DNA of 62,976 bases, the filler included. It is 4 parts of 4 records of this genome, joined end to end, with 100 filler letters (N's around TTAATTAATTAA, not from the genome) between each part and the next. Parts side by side here need not be neighbours in the genome. Positions count along the whole stretch, not along the records: positions 1 to 10,112 come from SRR20825019_1766; 3 more parts are not named here. One strand, given 5' to 3'. The position numbers and the translations under genes are program-made. Below are positions 1-10,112 of the stretch, one piece after another (position 1 is the stretch's first letter; every line of letters starts with the position of its first letter). The notes beneath the pieces are model-generated. The model was given only the letters and a program-made list of their open reading frames with translations. It had not been told where the DNA came from and did no database searches.

Positions 1-714
1 CGGGCGGAAAACTCCAACACCTCGCGCCACGCCGCCGAGTTCTGGATGATCGAACCCGAAGTCGCGTTCTGCAATCTGCAGGGCAACATGGATCTCGCGG
101 AGGAATTCGTGAAATACCTCATCCGCGATGTGAAGAAACACTGCGCCGACGATCTCGAATTCTTCGGCAAGTTCGTGGATAAGGAACTCCTTACCCGACT
201 CGATTTCGTGTTGGAAAAGCCATTCGTGCGTTGCAGCTACACCGAGGCGGTTGGGATCATCGAGCAGAGCGGCAAGCAGTGGGAGAACTCTGTGAAGTGG
301 GGCGACAATCTGCAAAGCGAACACGAACGCTACCTGACCGAAGAGCACTTCAAGTGTCCGGTCACGATTCACGATTATCCGCGATCATTGAAACCGTTTT
401 ATATGCGCGTGAACGAAGCCGATTCACCGGAACGCGAGACGGTCGCGGCGATGGATCTGCTCGTGCCCGGCATCGGTGAAATCATTGGAGGCAGCCAACG
501 CGAAGAACGCCTCGACGTGCTCCGCGAAAACATGGCCAACCACGAACTCAACGAGAAGGACTACTGGTGGTATGTCGATCTGCGCCGCTACGGCAGCGTG
601 CCCCACTCCGGTTTCGGCCTCGGCTTCGAACGTATGCTCATGTTTGTGACCGGTGTCGCCAATATCCGCGACGTCATCCCGTTCGCCCGCACCCCGGGCA
701 ACGCGGAGTTTTAG
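1..714 (+). CDS. asnS: Asparagine--tRNA ligase, 5'-truncated by the window edge
   Basis: Frame is open from base 1 ([20 protein letters not shown], motif 2). Also [12 protein letters not shown] and motif 3 [11 protein letters not shown]...NIRDVIPF. Confidence 0.96.
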   Translation, partial: RAENSNTSRHAAEFWMIEPEVAFCNLQGNMDLAEEFVKYLIRDVKKHCADDLEFFGKFVDKELLTRLDFVLEKPFVRCSYTEAVGIIEQSGKQWENSVKWGDNLQSEHERYLTEEHFKCPVTIHDYPRSLKPFYMRVNEADSPERETVAAMDLLVPGIGEIIGGSQREERLDVLRENMANHELNEKDYWWYVDLRRYGSVPHSGFGLGFERMLMFVTGVANIRDVIPFARTPGNAEF

Positions 715-890
715 TCGCTGCTCAATAATCCACTACGCCCATTCAGGCTGCGTTTATCAATAGATGGCTCTCTTTAGTTGCGTTGGGTAACGAGTTGGCC
801 CTGGGTCTCCACCCACCCCAACAAAAACAGCCAGAGCGGTGTCATGAGAATCATCTGATTTTCATCCTCACGAAGCCCCCAATAGACCCC

Positions 891-1688
891 ATGATAAAGA
901 CACGCACACGCATCCTCACAGCCATCGTCAGTCTGATGACTGTTTCCACCTTATCTGCACAAGCCCTCGTCGGGGCCTGGTTTGTCGGCGACACCAGTGG
1001 CGATGACTCCGATGTAATCGTATTCTTCAGCAACAATTATTACATGCACATCAACGACGCCGGAGCGGGTGGCGGAGATGATGGTTATGAGCGCGGCACG
1101 TATACCTGGAACGGAGTAAACGACACCTCCTTTACCGCCACCGCGATCACGGACACCAATGGTAATAACGGGCTGTCTGACTACAATAACAGCACCACCA
1201 AGTTCAGCATTACGGGTGACAGTCTCACTATCACTGATTCTGAAGGTTTTGCTTCCGGTTCAGACGTGCTCACTCGGGTTACGGACGCAAATGATATTGT
1301 CGGCGCATGGTATGAGGGGGATATCACGGCGAACGACGGCTCAAATGTCCTCGTCTTCATGTCAAACCTCACCTACTTCCTCGCATCGGATCAAGGAACC
1401 GATGGTGACGGCCATCCCGGCATTGAACGTGGCTCCTATACTTGGAATGCAGTAACAGGTGCCTTCACCTCGAGCACCGCCCTCGATACGGATGGAGACT
1501 TTGGTCTATCCGATCCACCGTTTCTTACAAACATCACCGCAGACGGTGGAACGATGACAGTCACAGATAGCGAGGGATCAGGAAATTTATACAGCGTTAC
1601 GGCTGTGCCTGAACCCTCAACTTACGCCGCGTTGGCTGGCGCTTTGGTTCTCGGTGTCGCGATGTTTCGGCGACACAAGCAGAACTAA
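891..1688 (+). CDS. PEP-CTERM surface protein with two tandem ~110-aa beta-rich repeats
   Basis: Signal peptide from ATG 891 (MIKTRTRILTAIVSLMTVSTLSAQA). C-terminal VPEPSTYAALAGALVLGVAMFRR sorting signal. Duplicated motif (L/I)VGAW...ERG(T/S)YTWN...DT(N/D)G..GLSD. Confidence 0.9.
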   Translation: MIKTRTRILTAIVSLMTVSTLSAQALVGAWFVGDTSGDDSDVIVFFSNNYYMHINDAGAGGGDDGYERGTYTWNGVNDTSFTATAITDTNGNNGLSDYNNSTTKFSITGDSLTITDSEGFASGSDVLTRVTDANDIVGAWYEGDITANDGSNVLVFMSNLTYFLASDQGTDGDGHPGIERGSYTWNAVTGAFTSSTALDTDGDFGLSDPPFLTNITADGGTMTVTDSEGSGNLYSVTAVPEPSTYAALAGALVLGVAMFRRHKQN

Positions 1689-1768
1689 GCCCGTTCTCTT
1701 TGATCGAGAAAGGGCGCGGGCGCTACTGAACTCGCCTTTTTGCGTGAGCACTCGGAGGAGTGTTCCGC

Positions 1769-3298
1769 TTATTCTGCTTTTTTCGCTGCGGGCTTTTTCC
1801 GCGTGCGGGGGCGCTTTGGCTTCTTGGTTTTCGGTTCGGCACCACCAGCAGATTCCGATTCCGGCTGCTTTGATTCGTCAGCTGACTTTTCTGAAGCTGT
1901 CTCAGACTCGGTCGGCTTTTCAGCGGGCTTCGCGTTGAGCAGCACCTCTTTCTTGGAGTTGATTGAAAGCCAGAAAGTCTCTCCGGCGGCATCCACACAG
2001 ACCGGTTTTTGACGCGGCTTCTCGGGCACTTGTAAGCCGACCGCGGTCAATGTGCTGAGAAGCTCGTCGACGGGTTGTTCCAATTTTTCCGCGATGGCCA
2101 CCGTGCCTTGTGAGGCCGTGCCTTTTCGAACAGTCGTCAAATACGGACGAGCCGCACTCAAGATTTTTACCGATGAGTCCTTCGGTGGTTTTTCGGGCGC
2201 CGCTTCAGAAGGTTTATTTTCGCGACCGTTGATCCAAACACCGCCACGTGAGTCTTGATTGAGCCACCAGAGTTCGTCGCCGATGACGGTGGGTTCCGCC
2301 TTCTCTTCCTTGTTTTCGTTGAGGGAAAGACCCAGCTCGATAAAGGCCGCCTGCAGCTCTTCGGCCGAGCATTTCAGGGCACGGGAAAGGAAAGTGATAC
2401 TGCCGGAGTGACCGGGGTCGCGACGGCTTCGACGCATCTTTGGGCGAATCAACGCCAACAGGTCTTCACCTTTCGGCAGAGGTTTACCTGAGGGTTCTTC
2501 GGCCTTGGGCTTATCCTTCTTTGCCTCCTTCGCGGGCTGATCTGCCTTTTTGGGTTTATCGGCGGATTTCTTCGCTTTGGGTTCTTCCTCAACTTCGACC
2601 GCAGTGCCCCGGGTAGTGCGGAAGACCGGCATCGGTTTCTCCTTGGTGTTAATCCAGAGTTCGCCGCGCCGATTAATGTTCACCCAGAAAAGATCGCCAT
2701 CGTATTCGAGGTAGGCGGGCTTGCTGTCTTCATCCTCCGGAAGGACGAAGCCGCACTCTTCAAGCGCGCCAATAATATCAGCATCATCGAAATTCCATTT
2801 GTTCGCCAGAAAACTCACCCCGACCGAGACACCAGCGCCGCGCTGATTGCGTCGCATATGGGGTCGCATGGCTTCAAAGAAGGTCGGGAGATCGTCCTCC
2901 TCCATCAGTTGCTCCCATTCATCCGTGGGAACACCTTCCTCCTCGTCGGCATCGGGATCCTGATCGCGGGACGTGTCGACCGGGCTGCGGTAAGTATCCT
3001 CTGCCTCATCGTCCGCGCCACCAGCCGGGGCTAATCCCTTGAACTTCGCTTCAAATTCCTCGCGCAGTTTATCGGCCTCCACCTTGGCGGCAGAGGCGGC
3101 GGCATCCTCCAACGTCCAATCACGTTGGGTCGGTCGTCGGGCCAACCCACTAAAGGCGAGTGGATTGTCCACGGGCGTCTTAAAATCGATAATCTCCCAC
3201 TCCTCTTTGCCGAGGTCGTTAAGAAATTTTTCCATCATCACCGGAGTCGCGAATCCGCCCTTACCGCTGGAGATGACCTTGTATTCCCAAATTGCCAT
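1769..3298 (-). CDS. Hypothetical protein: DUF4177-like N-terminus, three ~85-aa repeats, Lys-rich tail
   Basis: N-terminal WEYKV...FLNDLGKEEWE resembles DUF4177. Three repeats end in (F/W)W..(N/D)..(G/K)..(W/L)(I/L)N. Long ORF with plausible composition. Confidence 0.75.
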   Translation of the reverse strand: MAIWEYKVISSGKGGFATPVMMEKFLNDLGKEEWEIIDFKTPVDNPLAFSGLARRPTQRDWTLEDAAASAAKVEADKLREEFEAKFKGLAPAGGADDEAEDTYRSPVDTSRDQDPDADEEEGVPTDEWEQLMEEDDLPTFFEAMRPHMRRNQRGAGVSVGVSFLANKWNFDDADIIGALEECGFVLPEDEDSKPAYLEYDGDLFWVNINRRGELWINTKEKPMPVFRTTRGTAVEVEEEPKAKKSADKPKKADQPAKEAKKDKPKAEEPSGKPLPKGEDLLALIRPKMRRSRRDPGHSGSITFLSRALKCSAEELQAAFIELGLSLNENKEEKAEPTVIGDELWWLNQDSRGGVWINGRENKPSEAAPEKPPKDSSVKILSAARPYLTTVRKGTASQGTVAIAEKLEQPVDELLSTLTAVGLQVPEKPRQKPVCVDAAGETFWLSINSKKEVLLNAKPAEKPTESETASEKSADESKQPESESAGGAEPKTKKPKRPRTRKKPAAKKAE

Positions 3299-3385
3299 AA
3301 AATGTATAAATATGCGAAAGGCTCAGGCATCCCAGATGCCCGCCTTCATGCCGAGATAAATCGAAAATAGTTCCTCCCCAAGCCA

Positions 3386-4528
3386 TCATTTCGTGACAGC
3401 GGTGAGAAACCGCCCCACCGCATAGGTGGTGAGCTGTCCAGAGGGGCCGGAGAGATTATATTCAAACGCGTGAGCGGCCCATGGCAATTCCACGAAAACA
3501 TGGGGGTGACCGACTTCACTCAGACTCGCCGCAAATCGCTCACTGTGTCGGCACCACACCAAGGTATCGAGATGACCGTGCATGAGTAGCGTGGGGACTG
3601 GTCGGGTGGGCTCAATATTGCGATGAGCACTCGCGTCATGATAACGCCCAGCACGCTCGGGTGTATCCGGAGGGCCACCCAAATATTGCCGCATCAACTT
3701 CTTCGAGTTCAGCGCATCATCGCTCCTCGCAATCGACCAAACAAAAGGCATGTCCTGCGGTGCATAGAGAGAGATAACTCCCCGAATCGAGATGTTCTCT
3801 GCCGTGTAGGCCGTCGCACTGGCGATCTGTCCCCCCGCGGAACGGCCCATCAAAACAAAGCGGGTCGGATCAACCCCCAACTCATCCGCATGCGTTTGCA
3901 GCCATTTGAGCGCACTCAAGACATCTTCGCGCTGCGCCGGCCAACGATGCTCCGGAGACAATCGATAATCCACCGAGGCCACCGCATACCCTTCCTGAAC
4001 CAACCAATCATTAAAAAACTCCAACTCCTTGCGATCACCGCCATCCCATCCCCCGCCATGAATCATGATCACGCAGGCAACCGGCTTTTCGGCGGTTTCC
4101 GGCCGACGAAAATCGAGATTCAGCCCCGGGGTATACTCATGGGTCTGAATACTCACAACCGGTGGTTTCGAAGCCCATAACTGCGACCAGGAAAAAGCCC
4201 TTCGATCCCGATCGATCTCTCCAAACGCCTGAGACAGCCGTTCAGGCAAACGGTCCGCAACCATCCGGGCCTCCAAGAGAGGTTTACAGAACAGCCCCAT
4301 CGCCAGGGCACAGAGCAGGATTCCCATTAACGGGATCCCCAGAGAGGAAGCGCGCGTCACCCAAATCAGAGCAGCTACGAGCAGGGTTAATCCTACCAGC
4401 CAGTAACCGAATTCGCCCGCGACGATCGTCAGCTTCCAATTCACTGACACCGGCACCTTCACCACGGTGAGCAAGGACAGCGCAAACAAGCCTCCGGCAA
4501 ACAGTAGCAACAGGAGTTTCAATGGCAT
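3386..4528 (-). CDS. Membrane-anchored alpha/beta hydrolase (HSL/BD-FAE-type esterase)
   Basis: HGGGW oxyanion motif, GRSAGG nucleophile elbow, HGHLD and HAFE. Three N-terminal hydrophobic helices. Start taken at MPLKLLL. Confidence 0.88.
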   Translation of the reverse strand: MPLKLLLLLFAGGLFALSLLTVVKVPVSVNWKLTIVAGEFGYWLVGLTLLVAALIWVTRASSLGIPLMGILLCALAMGLFCKPLLEARMVADRLPERLSQAFGEIDRDRRAFSWSQLWASKPPVVSIQTHEYTPGLNLDFRRPETAEKPVACVIMIHGGGWDGGDRKELEFFNDWLVQEGYAVASVDYRLSPEHRWPAQREDVLSALKWLQTHADELGVDPTRFVLMGRSAGGQIASATAYTAENISIRGVISLYAPQDMPFVWSIARSDDALNSKKLMRQYLGGPPDTPERAGRYHDASAHRNIEPTRPVPTLLMHGHLDTLVWCRHSERFAASLSEVGHPHVFVELPWAAHAFEYNLSGPSGQLTTYAVGRFLTAVTK

Positions 4529-4608
4529 GATCCCATTACGCACTCCCTCCTTCGGAGTGAGAATCATTTTCTTTGCGTTCTTCATACAGCAGTTTGCTTT
4601 TAACACCG

Positions 4609-5310
4609 ATGCGCCGTCTCGATCAGATCCTTGCCAACCTCGGGTATTGCTCCCGACGAGAAGCGCGCGCGTTTTTGAAAGCGCATGACGTCACCGCGCA
4701 GCACAAACCGCTCAATAATACGTCCACCAAAGTCGATCCCACCACGGTGCTGATCGACGGACAGCCGCTCGATCATCCCCATGGACTGCTGCTGTTGCTG
4801 AACAAACCACTCGGCCTCGTCTGTTCCCACGAGGAGCGCGACGGTCCCAACATCTATTCGCTCCTCCCCGAACGCTGGCGCGCCCGCAATCCCGTGATTA
4901 CGTCGATTGGGCGCTTAGACAAGGACACCAGCGGTCTGCTTATTCTCACCGATCAGAGCCAGCTCGTGCACCGCCTGACCTCGCCCAAGCACAAGGTTCC
5001 GAAAACCTACCACGCGACCTTGGATCGCGAACCACCAGACGGCCTCGCCGAGCTCTTCGCCAGTGGCACGCTCATTCTTGAAGGCGAAAAACAAGCCTGC
5101 GCTCCGGCGATATTGATCATGAGAAGCCCCCTTGAGGCCGAGCTCATCCTGACCGAAGGCAAATACCACCAAGTGCGCCGGATGTTCGCCAGTCAGGGCT
5201 GCGAAGTGCTCGCGCTGCACCGCCCGCAATTCGGCGAACTCACCCTCGGCGATCTCGCGCCGGGCGCATGGCGCGAACTGCCTTTGGATACGTTCGCAGA
5301 GCAAAGTTAA
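4609..5310 (+). CDS. rsuA: RsuA-family rRNA pseudouridine synthase
   Basis: S4-like start MRRLDQILANLGYCSRREA, plus LNKP, catalytic GRLDKDTSGL and EGKYHQVRRMF. Confidence 0.85.
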   Translation: MRRLDQILANLGYCSRREARAFLKAHDVTAQHKPLNNTSTKVDPTTVLIDGQPLDHPHGLLLLLNKPLGLVCSHEERDGPNIYSLLPERWRARNPVITSIGRLDKDTSGLLILTDQSQLVHRLTSPKHKVPKTYHATLDREPPDGLAELFASGTLILEGEKQACAPAILIMRSPLEAELILTEGKYHQVRRMFASQGCEVLALHRPQFGELTLGDLAPGAWRELPLDTFAEQS

Positions 5311-5352
5311 ATCCTTGGCGCGGGGCTTTCTTTATCCGAGCGTGAGGCCACC

Positions 5353-5661
5353 ATGGAAAACTCTCTACTCACCGGAGCTCAAAAGAAGCAGTTGCGCGGG
5401 CTTGGGCAACGTCTCGATCCGGCACTCAAGCTCGGTAAAAGCGGACTCACCCCGACGTTTCTTTCGGAGCTTCATCTCCAACTGCGCGCTCACGAATTGG
5501 TGAAGATCCGCTTCCTCGGTCCTGATCGCAAAGAGCGCGAGGCCCTCTGCGATCAAGTCGCCCTGGAAGGTCATTGTCATTTCATCACCTCGGTCGGCCA
5601 TACCGCCCTGTTCTATCGCGAACATGCCGATCCCGAGAAGCGCGCGTTGGGTAGCGACTGA
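5353..5661 (+). CDS. yhbY: YhbY/CRM-domain RNA-binding protein
   Basis: LTGAQKKQLRGLG..LDP...GKSGL...HELVKIRF...VGHTALFYR matches the CRM domain pattern. Confidence 0.9.
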   Translation: MENSLLTGAQKKQLRGLGQRLDPALKLGKSGLTPTFLSELHLQLRAHELVKIRFLGPDRKEREALCDQVALEGHCHFITSVGHTALFYREHADPEKRALGSD

Positions 5662-5683
5662 TTCAATCGAATCTCTTTAGCAC

Positions 5684-5716
5684 AAAAAAAACGCACCCGT
5701 TTCCGGATGCGTTTTG
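5684..5716. terminator. Probable bidirectional intrinsic terminator between convergent yhbY and lpoB
   Basis: AAAAAAAACGCACCCG-TTTC-CGGATGCGTTTT hairpin flanked by A and T tracts. Confidence 0.7.
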
Positions 5717-5740
5717 CTAAAATGGAATCGGTCTCTCGCC

Positions 5741-6343
5741 TTACCAGCCAACCTTGGTCGCGCCCTTGGTCTGCTTGGCGATGGACTTCTCTTCTTCCCA
5801 AACCGTCAGACCGGTGCTGGTTTGCACGAGCGACATCTGGAAGGAGTAGGTGTTTTGGGTCACCCGCTTGTTGCGATCCGTCTGCTGGATGAGTTTCGCG
5901 TAAAGGGTGTAGTCCGGCACGAGGATCTTCTGCTTCTTGCCCGACATCATTTCCTCAAGTTCGGCGGCTTCCCCGGCGACAACGGCACGTTCACCGAGAC
6001 CCATCGTATTGGTGATCGCGATCTTGCCGGTCTGCGTGAGCGCCACGCGGATCTTTTTGATCAACAGATCGGTATCGACCATCAACGAGGTGTTGTTAAT
6101 CACCCGGTCAATCGCGAGCACTGCAGGCGTGCGAGGCGCATTTTCCAACGCACTACTGGAGAGCAGAGAATTAACCAATTGATCGGCCGCATTGGCCCAA
6201 TCCTGCGAATTGATCGAGGAGGTGTTCAGCGCTTCCGGACCTTTCGAATCCACCGTGCGGGTTTCGCTGGTGGTTTCACAACCGGTAAGAAAGAGGGCAG
6301 TGCCAACCGAAAGGACGGCAACGAATTTGGAGGATACATTCAT
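5741..6343 (-). CDS. lpoB: LpoB-like outer-membrane lipoprotein (PBP activator family)
   Basis: Lipobox FLTGC. Pattern D...AADQLVNSLL...N.TS...DT.....KIRVAL...GK; C-terminal Y.FQMSLV...TG..VWEEEK.I.K. Lies directly downstream of a ycfL-like gene. Confidence 0.75.
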   Translation of the reverse strand: MNVSSKFVAVLSVGTALFLTGCETTSETRTVDSKGPEALNTSSINSQDWANAADQLVNSLLSSSALENAPRTPAVLAIDRVINNTSLMVDTDLLIKKIRVALTQTGKIAITNTMGLGERAVVAGEAAELEEMMSGKKQKILVPDYTLYAKLIQQTDRNKRVTQNTYSFQMSLVQTSTGLTVWEEEKSIAKQTKGATKVGW

Positions 6344-6364
6344 AGTGCTATGGGATTAAGGATC

Positions 6365-6802
6365 TTACTCGCGAAGTTTGAGACGGAAATCAACGGCCCG
6401 TGGGGATACCGCCACGGTGGAAACCGTCTTGGTCTCACGTCCTTGAAACATGATGGCTTTCCAAGTCTCGTTGGGCGAATCGACGGCCATGCCATCCTGG
6501 TCGACCCACTCGAACTTGTAGTTCAGCGTGCGAAGATTGTTTTTCAAATTCACAATGGTCGCCTGCACTTTGAGCAGGTTTCCCGAAACGGTCGCCTGAT
6601 TAATTGAGACCACTTGGAACTTACGTGAGAGCGAATCGTCCGTAATCACCCGTTGGTCGGGCACGTAGCTCGGTGTGGCCTGCGGGTTGGCGCGCTCATA
6701 CGAATTTACGTTAGTCGCACAACCGGCCAGCAATAAGGCGGCTCCGAGCAAAAGGCCCGAAACAGTGCGGCGAAGAAGGTTCAGTGAGGTCTTGTTTTTC
6801 AT
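6365..6802 (-). CDS. ycfL: YcfL/DUF1425-family lipoprotein
   Basis: Lipobox LLAGC; YKFEWVDQDGM and AVSPRAVDFRL motifs. Confidence 0.8.
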   Translation of the reverse strand: MKNKTSLNLLRRTVSGLLLGAALLLAGCATNVNSYERANPQATPSYVPDQRVITDDSLSRKFQVVSINQATVSGNLLKVQATIVNLKNNLRTLNYKFEWVDQDGMAVDSPNETWKAIMFQGRETKTVSTVAVSPRAVDFRLKLRE

Positions 6803-8385
6803 TTGAGAACAAATTGGGAGACATAGAGAGGCGCCGTTGATGACGCCGACTTAACATATACAACGTTAACGGAGCCAGGTTCCAATGAAACGGTTTTTTG
6901 CACACCACCGGCCGACAGAATCAGCTCGCGGCTTTCCGGGGTGGAGAGACGTGCATATTGGAATTCCTTGGGGAGAGAGCTCCAGGTGCGGGTATCCGCA
7001 ATGTTGGTGGAGGCATTCATGACCGTCCCGGCGACTTCACCGAGCAAACGGCCAGCCCAGCCACCCCGGCTTTGCAGTTCCTTTTGAACCGCCGCTTGGA
7101 TGATCGCCTTGGTTGCGGTGGAGATAAGGGTCTTGGTCACCACGGCGGTCCACCCGTTCTTGAAGTCGTTGGCCACCACACTATCCATACTCGCAATCAC
7201 GGAAGTCGAAGTCCGATCCTCCGCTCCCAGAATCACATCCAAGTGGGAAAGATAATCGTCGTTATACACGAGTTTCGGAAAAGCGGCTCCCACGTAGGCC
7301 AGTTTGCTCGTGACGAGGAAGGTCGGAATATCAATCCGGGTCTGGCTACGGGAAGGAGCCGTGCCAGTTTCAAAAATCACGTAAGTCACGCCTTCGACCG
7401 AGTGACCTTCAGCCGCGGCAGTAGCCGCCTGAAGATCGGTAATCAAATAAGGATTATCCGGCACGATGCCCGCAACCCGTTCGAAGGATTTACGACCGCG
7501 TTCGTGATCCGATCCGTCCAAGCCAAGCACGCTGTAATACAGTCCATCGAGGAACACTGCGAAAGGATTCACGTAGTCTCCATAGGGCTGCATCCGGGCA
7601 ATGGATTCTTCCAGAGCCGCTTGCAAAGCAGGACCGCTGCGGGCATCCGCTTCGGCGCGACTCACATCATATGAAGCGGTTTTCCCATCTTCATCCTTGA
7701 GCTCACCCTTGCGGGCTTTCTCCGCTTCATCCTGAGCTTCGACGATCCGTTTGGAGTTTTCCTCCACGGCATCACGCTGCCGCTGCAAAGATCGGTTCAA
7801 TTCGACCCGAGCCCTATCAGCATCACCAATCGCAAGATAACTGAGGGCCTTATAGGTGTTCATCATCACCTTGTCGTAGGAATAACCACGGTATGGAAGA
7901 TTGGCCTGATTCGTAAGGGTCGCCCCGAACTCCGAACCGAGCTTCACCTTGGATTTGGCTTCCCACTCGTTGACCTTTTCCTCGGCCTGATCGAGGGCAC
8001 CGATCGCCTCGGCATAATAATAATGGTGCACCTCTGTATCAGTCGGAGCTATCAAGGCTACCGGAGCCTCGCCTTCGACTGCGGCTGGAGCGGGTTCACG
8101 GGGTATCGCCGGAACCTCCGAAGGATCGGCCATCGCAGCCGAGCGCAAGGTCGCACCTTGTTCCAAACGAAGCAGAATCTCATCCTTTTTACCCTCGGCG
8201 GCATCGGCGCGCCGGTTAATGTCAACGACGGCCGTAGCAATGCTCCCGCTGCGGGTGGCCTGTGAGAACGTGCCCGATTGCTGTTCGTAAGTCTGGCAAC
8301 CTGACAGCAAGAGTAATGCGGCCAGAGCAACACCCGTGAGCTTCCAGGCCCGCGGCTGTGAGGTGGGGGATTCGGTAGTATGCAT
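6799..8385 (-). CDS. COG3014-like TPR lipoprotein
   Basis: Lipobox LLSGC; Y.GYSYDKVMMNTYKAL.YL..GD...ARVE.NR; ADTRTWSSLP. Overlaps the ycfL start by 4 bp. Confidence 0.75.
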   Translation of the reverse strand: MHTTESPTSQPRAWKLTGVALAALLLLSGCQTYEQQSGTFSQATRSGSIATAVVDINRRADAAEGKKDEILLRLEQGATLRSAAMADPSEVPAIPREPAPAAVEGEAPVALIAPTDTEVHHYYYAEAIGALDQAEEKVNEWEAKSKVKLGSEFGATLTNQANLPYRGYSYDKVMMNTYKALSYLAIGDADRARVELNRSLQRQRDAVEENSKRIVEAQDEAEKARKGELKDEDGKTASYDVSRAEADARSGPALQAALEESIARMQPYGDYVNPFAVFLDGLYYSVLGLDGSDHERGRKSFERVAGIVPDNPYLITDLQAATAAAEGHSVEGVTYVIFETGTAPSRSQTRIDIPTFLVTSKLAYVGAAFPKLVYNDDYLSHLDVILGAEDRTSTSVIASMDSVVANDFKNGWTAVVTKTLISTATKAIIQAAVQKELQSRGGWAGRLLGEVAGTVMNASTNIADTRTWSSLPKEFQYARLSTPESRELILSAGGVQKTVSLEPGSVNVVYVKSASSTAPLYVSQFVLK

Positions 8386-8406
8386 AATGAAATAGGAGGT
8401 TAAAAA

Positions 8407-9297
8407 TTATTCCTCAACGTCGGTGACCAGGCGAACCACCGCCCCCTTATCGATCCCGAAATCCTCGGTGATCTTGGCCTGCGAATATTGCGGGGTCACC
8501 CGCACCACTTCGACCTTGCCGACATACACTTCCTCCTTGATCACATCGCCCGTATCGGGATCGACCAGTTCATCTCCCACGGCCAAAACCTCCCAGACCT
8601 GGCCGACCTTGATCCCCGACTGATCATTGCGATTGATCGTCACGATTTGCCCTCTCGTCGCGAGGAGACGAGCAGGATAAATGAAATCAACGGTGCGCAT
8701 CGCCAGCTTCTGAGCGAGTTCGCGGGTCGCTTGATTGATCAGGTCGTCACTGGCTTCGCCGACGCGATCAAGGGTGTTCTGGGAACGCGATTCCGAGTCG
8801 CGCACCGCCACTTGGATATTTGCCGTGCCGACGACCAATCCCGTGCTGCCGACAGTTACCTTGGCAACCGCAGAGGCTTCCACCACCCGCGCCATCATCG
8901 TCTTATTCAGGGCGGCAAAACGGCGGGTTTCCTGCCGGTCATTAAAGCTATCAACGCGGATCGTGAGCACGTAATCCGCCTTGCTGAAAATGAAGGTCTC
9001 GCCGGTGGCACCCGCTTCTTCGAGCAAAGCGTCCGCATCGGAACGATCATACACATCAAAACGACGACTGTTCACGATGCGGTCGTAAACCTGTGAATCC
9101 AACGCTTGCAGCACCTGATTGATCGACAGGGAAGTGCCCTGCCCATCCATCCTCTTGGCGACCGCGTCAATGGCCGTGATCTTCGTGATGACGAGGCTCT
9201 TTTTACCCTCACCACCCTGAGCGGAACCAAGATTGCTGAACGCCAAGGTCGAGGCGGCAAAAACGAGAAGGAGTCGGAAGAATTTCATAATGGGCAT
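8407..9297 (-). CDS. Secreted CsgG/FlgT-like (TolB-N fold) protein
   Basis: Signal peptide; IVNSRRFDVYDRSD..ALLEE...ADYVL; C-terminal INR...GIKVG...ELVDPDTG beta domain. Confidence 0.65.
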   Translation of the reverse strand: MPIMKFFRLLLVFAASTLAFSNLGSAQGGEGKKSLVITKITAIDAVAKRMDGQGTSLSINQVLQALDSQVYDRIVNSRRFDVYDRSDADALLEEAGATGETFIFSKADYVLTIRVDSFNDRQETRRFAALNKTMMARVVEASAVAKVTVGSTGLVVGTANIQVAVRDSESRSQNTLDRVGEASDDLINQATRELAQKLAMRTVDFIYPARLLATRGQIVTINRNDQSGIKVGQVWEVLAVGDELVDPDTGDVIKEEVYVGKVEVVRVTPQYSQAKITEDFGIDKGAVVRLVTDVEE

Positions 9298-9321
9298 GGC
9301 AAAGGTTGCGTTGTAAAGGGG

Positions 9322-10112
9322 TTACCAATCGAAGAGCGAACGGGCATGCCCGGTTTGGATCGTGACGCCTTGGTCGGTGTCCACCTTGAAACCGCTGTTT
9401 TGCAGCATCTTGGCTTGGCCTTGCAGCACCTCGACTTGAGCGTCGGTCAATTTCGCACCGTTCTTGAGCGCGTTCATGAAGGCGGTGAGTTCCTGCCAAC
9501 GCTCGAGGCCTTCGGCACTCATTTGCATGGCAACCGTCAACAACTGCCCCTCCCGAGCGTTGATCGTGCGTTCCCAGGTTTGGTAGCCTTCCCGGGTGAG
9601 CCGGATTCTGCTTAACCCAGACTTGAGCGAAAGTTTTCCAGGGGCGGAGCCAACAGCGACCCCGTCAACTTCAACCGTCACGTTGAGCGGAGCCACGGCG
9701 AGCTTACCGTCTTGAATCGATACGGTGTTTTCAGGACCGATGCGCACATCAGGAATGTATAGGTCCGCCGTTTCGACATTGAGCGTGATATTCACCATGG
9801 AGGCCTGAGCCGAAGGTGCGGCGATCCTGTTTTGAGCCGCCTTCACGCGGAGTGAACTCGCGATCTGAGTCGTGGCATCGTCAAGCAAATCGGCGAGAAT
9901 CGGCTCCATGTCAGGATCGAGAAAGGCGACTGCGACCGTCTGCTTGGCCGCGCTTCCCGAGGAGCTGGAAGATGCCCCTCCTGATTGAGTCTTGTAGAGA
10001 TCGGCGAGGAGATCAGCGCGTTGAGCGTAGCTGATTTGCAGGCCTGACTTGATCCGCGTGACCGTGGCTTTCGCCCCTTCCATCTTCACGCCTTGATGGT
10101 AGTTACCCGCAT
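9322..10112 (-). CDS. PEGA-domain protein, 5'-truncated at the contig end
   Basis: VEVDGVAVGSAPG.....G...IRLTREGYQTWER PEGA pattern. Frame runs into the N gap. Confidence 0.7.

Noticed and set aside
783-890. ORF-track 5' extensions (PEP-CTERM 783, hydrolase 4606, rsuA 4573, ruvB 15152)
   Set aside because: Downstream ATGs fit signal peptides, family N-termini or promoter position better, and remove an overlap between divergent genes.
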